Below are positions 60,459-64,000 of a DNA stretch of 64,000 bases, one piece after another; position 1 is the stretch's first letter; each line of letters begins with the position of its first letter. Location of the stretch: contig CATNEN010000038.1 of NCBI GenBank assembly GCA_950097015.1, forward strand, positions 20,956,001 to 21,020,000, given 5' to 3'. This DNA comes from Macrostomum hystrix. Lineage: Eukaryota > Animalia > Platyhelminthes. The notes below the pieces were generated by a model that did no database searches, was not told where the DNA came from, and saw only the letters and a list, made by a program, of their open reading frames with translations. Made by a program: the position numbers and the translations under genes.

Positions 60459-62227
60459 TGTTGGTAGCTTATTGTTGTTGTTAACTTATCGCCGCTTATA
60501 AAATTAGGCTTATCGTCAATTTTTTGGTCAAGTCCGTTCCTTCTAGGCCTACTATATGATTTCAAAGCGGTCGACGAACTTTTCTCACGATTTTGCTACT
60601 GTTGACAAAGTATTTTAATTTTCTGCTTACCACATGGCAGCTTGTATCATTGTATGAATAAGTCTAAAACTCATTATAGGCCCCTATAAATATGCCGTGC
60701 CATTAATTTCAATTTTATCCACATGGTTCTGTTTTTTGAAATGAGGCCCTTTTGGGTTTGAACGTTTTGTTGAACCCTCGAGCCAATAGATTGACAAAGT
60801 TGCCAATGTGTTACGATATGACTGTGTTCTATACCATACTCTCAAATCTTACATGTACACTGAAAAAATTCGGTGTACATTTGCACTAGATTAGCTGGGG
60901 TATATGTATTTCCGGCGTACACAGTGCATACTGGGATACATTGGCATATTAGCGTATATTGGCATACATCGGTGTATGCTGCCATATGCCGGCTAGCAGT
61001 GCTGCGCAGGCAGAGGCAGACAAGCTGCAGGCACACATGTTGTGTGGGCATGCGGCTTGCATTGCATTGCACTTAGAAAGCGAAACATTCCATGAAATGA
61101 AATTGAAAAAATAGCATTTTAATTCAGATTGTTGAAAGAAGAGTAAAACAAAATTCCACAAAAGGATCATTGAATGGAAAACTTGATGGTGAATTTCTGT
61201 GTTGCATAAATTTTTTATTATTTTTTTGGCCCAGGGCCAATGTCGGCATGCTTTTTATCCCTACGTTTTAGGCACTAAAATTACTTTTTTCTTGTAAAAT
61301 GATGCACATTGTTTTTTTAAATTTTGCATACAGTTGCTATTTCTTTCTAGCATACATTTTATGGGCTACAGTTTGCTTCCACCGTACATTTCATTTTCTG
61401 GTGTACAAGACCAAGGCGTACAGTTAAGCACATTTGTGAGTATGGGTTCTACATTTTGACCTACACATTCATTAACTGACATTATGTTATCCTTTTTAAT
61501 TATTGTAGGCCTAATTTAACAACTTACTAAATCTTTTGTCACCGTTACATGTTTTCATTCAAATTGTATTGACTTAAAAAGTAAGAAGTCTATCAAAGAA
61601 AATCATACAAGTCAACCAGGAGAATTCTAGTCAGCACCAAACTCATCACACATATTATCACACATCATTGTTATTATTTTACACTATGCATTGATAGTGT
61701 ACACTATACACTATACTCTGAAGCAAAAGCCTTATGCTCAGAGAAGAATAGGTAGGGACTTGAAAGTAGACCTATTCATACAAGCTGCCGTGTGGATAAA
61801 ATTGAAATTATTGGCACGGGACCATGGGAATAAGCACTTCCTAATGATTATGCCATTTTGGATTTGTTCATGCCAAGCTTTTAAACTAAACTTTATTTCC
61901 ATTTGTCTGTTTCAGATGTTCTTCTGATGCACACTAAAATAAATGCCACCTGTAATGTACAGCAGACAGTGACTGTGTTGTATGACTTGACTGACTTGAC
62001 TTAGCTGCAGGGCGGTCCCATAGAGGGACACAGCAGGAAGACGATGCTGCCCATTCCGCTATTCCCTGAATGACCAAGGCTCCATCACGGACTAGGAGTT
62101 GGCATCACCCAGGGTGGTCCCTTGGAGTTGCTCTCTGCAGCCATGTTGCTCCCTGGAAGAGGGAGTGCAGCTCTGTGGGTGGCCCAAAGGTAGCGCGTGA
62201 ACTGATTAAGTGTTGTATGACACCTCT

Positions 62228-62508
62228 CATACATGCGCAACACCCGGCCGACCCGGCCGAACCGGCCGGGTGAAACAAGGGCCAAGCAAGGTAAGTCGCA
62301 AAAACCAATAGACCAAGCGCAAAAAAATCAAAGGGGGGACCAAGGGACAAAAAAGGAAGGCGTGAAGAAAAGGAAAAAGGGGAGAGAAAAAGAGAGCAAA
62401 TGAGAGCAAACTAAGTCGTAAATAGAGCAATGAAATGAACTAAGTCGCAAATGAGAGCAAAAACTAAGTCGCACGGCCGGCTAAGATTTGGGAGGTTGCG
62501 CATGTATG
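62228..62508. mobile_element. 281-bp hAT-type MITE
   Basis: 14-bp perfect TIR CATACATGCGCAAC; perfect 8-bp TSD ACACCTCT (62220-62227, 62509-62516). Confidence 0.88.
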
Positions 62509-62864
62509 ACACCTCTGTGGACCTCTTTGTGGACCTGTAAGTTGCGCCTAGATTGGACTCGACATTAGCAAATCGAATATTGGGTGTGTTGGAAATGAAT
62601 GATAAAAGGTGTAGTATTGTAATAAGTCACATTAGTTGCTGTTATTTAAAGTAAAAAATAAGAAAAATGCCTTTAGATATTTAAATTATATATAGTGAAT
62701 AGCCAATACTACCACAGCTCTGACCAAAATCAAAAGCAGAGGCAAATTTCTTCCTTTCGAACTGGCAAATTTTGAGGTGGGTATTTACACCTGCATTCTA
62801 GTGTGAGTTGTCCTAGGGAGAGCAAAGGTTTGCTCAAATACTCATTTTTCATGCATTTATATTG

Positions 62865-63425
62865 GGCGATCTTTCGGTTCCCCTGCTCTAAATTATTTTA
62901 ACAATTTTTTCAAACTTTTCAGAGTCTGTTAGGTAAAGTTCAGGTAAGTAAAATATTAAGTTAATTAATTATTAGACTGGATAGTACTGGGTGATCCAGT
63001 ATAGGATGTTGCCAAAGTGGTGTTCAGGGAAAGCTCGACGCCACATGAACTCTTGCAGGTAGTTCTCCTCCTTCGAATTGAACGAAGCCTCTTGCACTGC
63101 TTGCAGGACCATGCAGCACCAGCCATCGATGGAGTCCTCGCCGAGACGTTGCTGAAGTGACATAGCAATGTCACAGGTCTAGCAATTCCTGCTATTGGCA
63201 AGCAGGTGGTGCCTCGCCATCCAACGCATCACCTCGTCAACATCGGGACCAATGCAACCAGTCCTCGATGATTGACATCAATGTCACACAGAACTATGCT
63301 GTTCAGGACTTCGGTGGCTGGAACAATGCTCTGTGGCGCAGGAGGTCGACCAGCCATACTAGCAGTAGCTGAAACGTTTGAAAAAATCGTTAAAATAATT
63401 TAGACTGGGAAACCGAAAGATCGCC
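62865..63425 (-). mobile_element. Internally deleted Merlin (IS1016/ISXO2-like) DNA transposon
   Basis: ~57-bp imperfect TIRs starting GGCGATCTTTCGGTT; 8-bp TSD TTATATTG/ATATATTG (1 mismatch). Remnant transposase with N-terminal Zn ribbon (LLANSRNC..C...WSCKQCKRLRSIR) joined to the C-terminal YLQEFMWRR...F.NIL..I.QYYP; DDE core missing; stops and frameshifts present. Confidence 0.85.
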
Positions 63426-64000
63426 ATATATTGTATTATGTATACATATATATTAGTCACATATATATCTAAATTTATCTATACTAAAGTCAATAAGCTC
63501 TTTTATTTTTTCTATAACTAGGTGATCCTGACTTTTAAACAATTATTGCTATTCTAAAGGATTACCAAGCATTTATGTTCAAACAGTTCAAACTTTTTAT
63601 ACATATAGGCAAAGTAATCAATAAAATATTATGAAAAATCTAATTGTTTCATTTTTTGTTCAAGTGTTGTTTCATTAGCTAATGTAATTTAGGCAAGCAG
63701 TTAAAAAATAAAACGGACAAGTTTAGCTGTCTAAAGCAGTAGTCAAGAGCTATGCTATTTGATGGAAAGCTTACCATGATAATTTAATTATGGTTTTATG
63801 TAGTACTGCTCACTGATTGCCTTATAATTATAGTTAGCCTATCTAATTCCCATAGGGCACAAAAATATTAGTCATTGTAAAGTTTGTTTGCAAAATCTCT
63901 TAAACAACTTATTTCAGTTTTTTTAAACAAAATATAAAAGCTGACTATAGCTAATGAATGGCTGCTGATAGCAATGTCAGATCTGATGCTCAGCAGCAGG

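Noticed and set aside
61980-62220. Possible RTE-like LINE 3' end on the minus strand with an (AAGTC)n tail
   Set aside because: The tail is suggestive, but no convincing protein motif could be read

Overview
Eukaryotic (animal) genomic DNA. The GC-rich, poly-Q-rich exons and the very dense minisatellites suggest a free-living flatworm such as Macrostomum; this is an inference only. Left part (1-45 kb): one orphan single-pass membrane-protein gene on +, and five spliced genes all on - (SIL1, LIX1L/lowfat, SRP19, DAZAP1/Hrp48-like, CDC25). Almost every large intron and intergenic gap holds a different minisatellite, and these produce most of the long ORFs in the track as artefacts. The SRP19 exon has no ATG of its own and starts in frame directly at a splice acceptor, as expected if the AUG-terminated flatworm spliced leader supplies the initiator. 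Right part (46-64 kb): two head-to-tail copies of a ~7 kb non-autonomous Helentron-like element. They share a ~2.76 kb left arm and a ~1.8 kb right arm but carry different central cargo: a beta-propeller-like ORF with one in-frame TGA in copy 1, and an intact stand-alone extended-LOTUS (TDRD5/TDRD7-type) gene in copy 2. Also present: two solo LTRs, two hAT-type MITEs, a tRNA-derived SINE, LINE 3' fragments and an internally deleted Merlin transposon. Family assignments come from motif recognition, not database searches.
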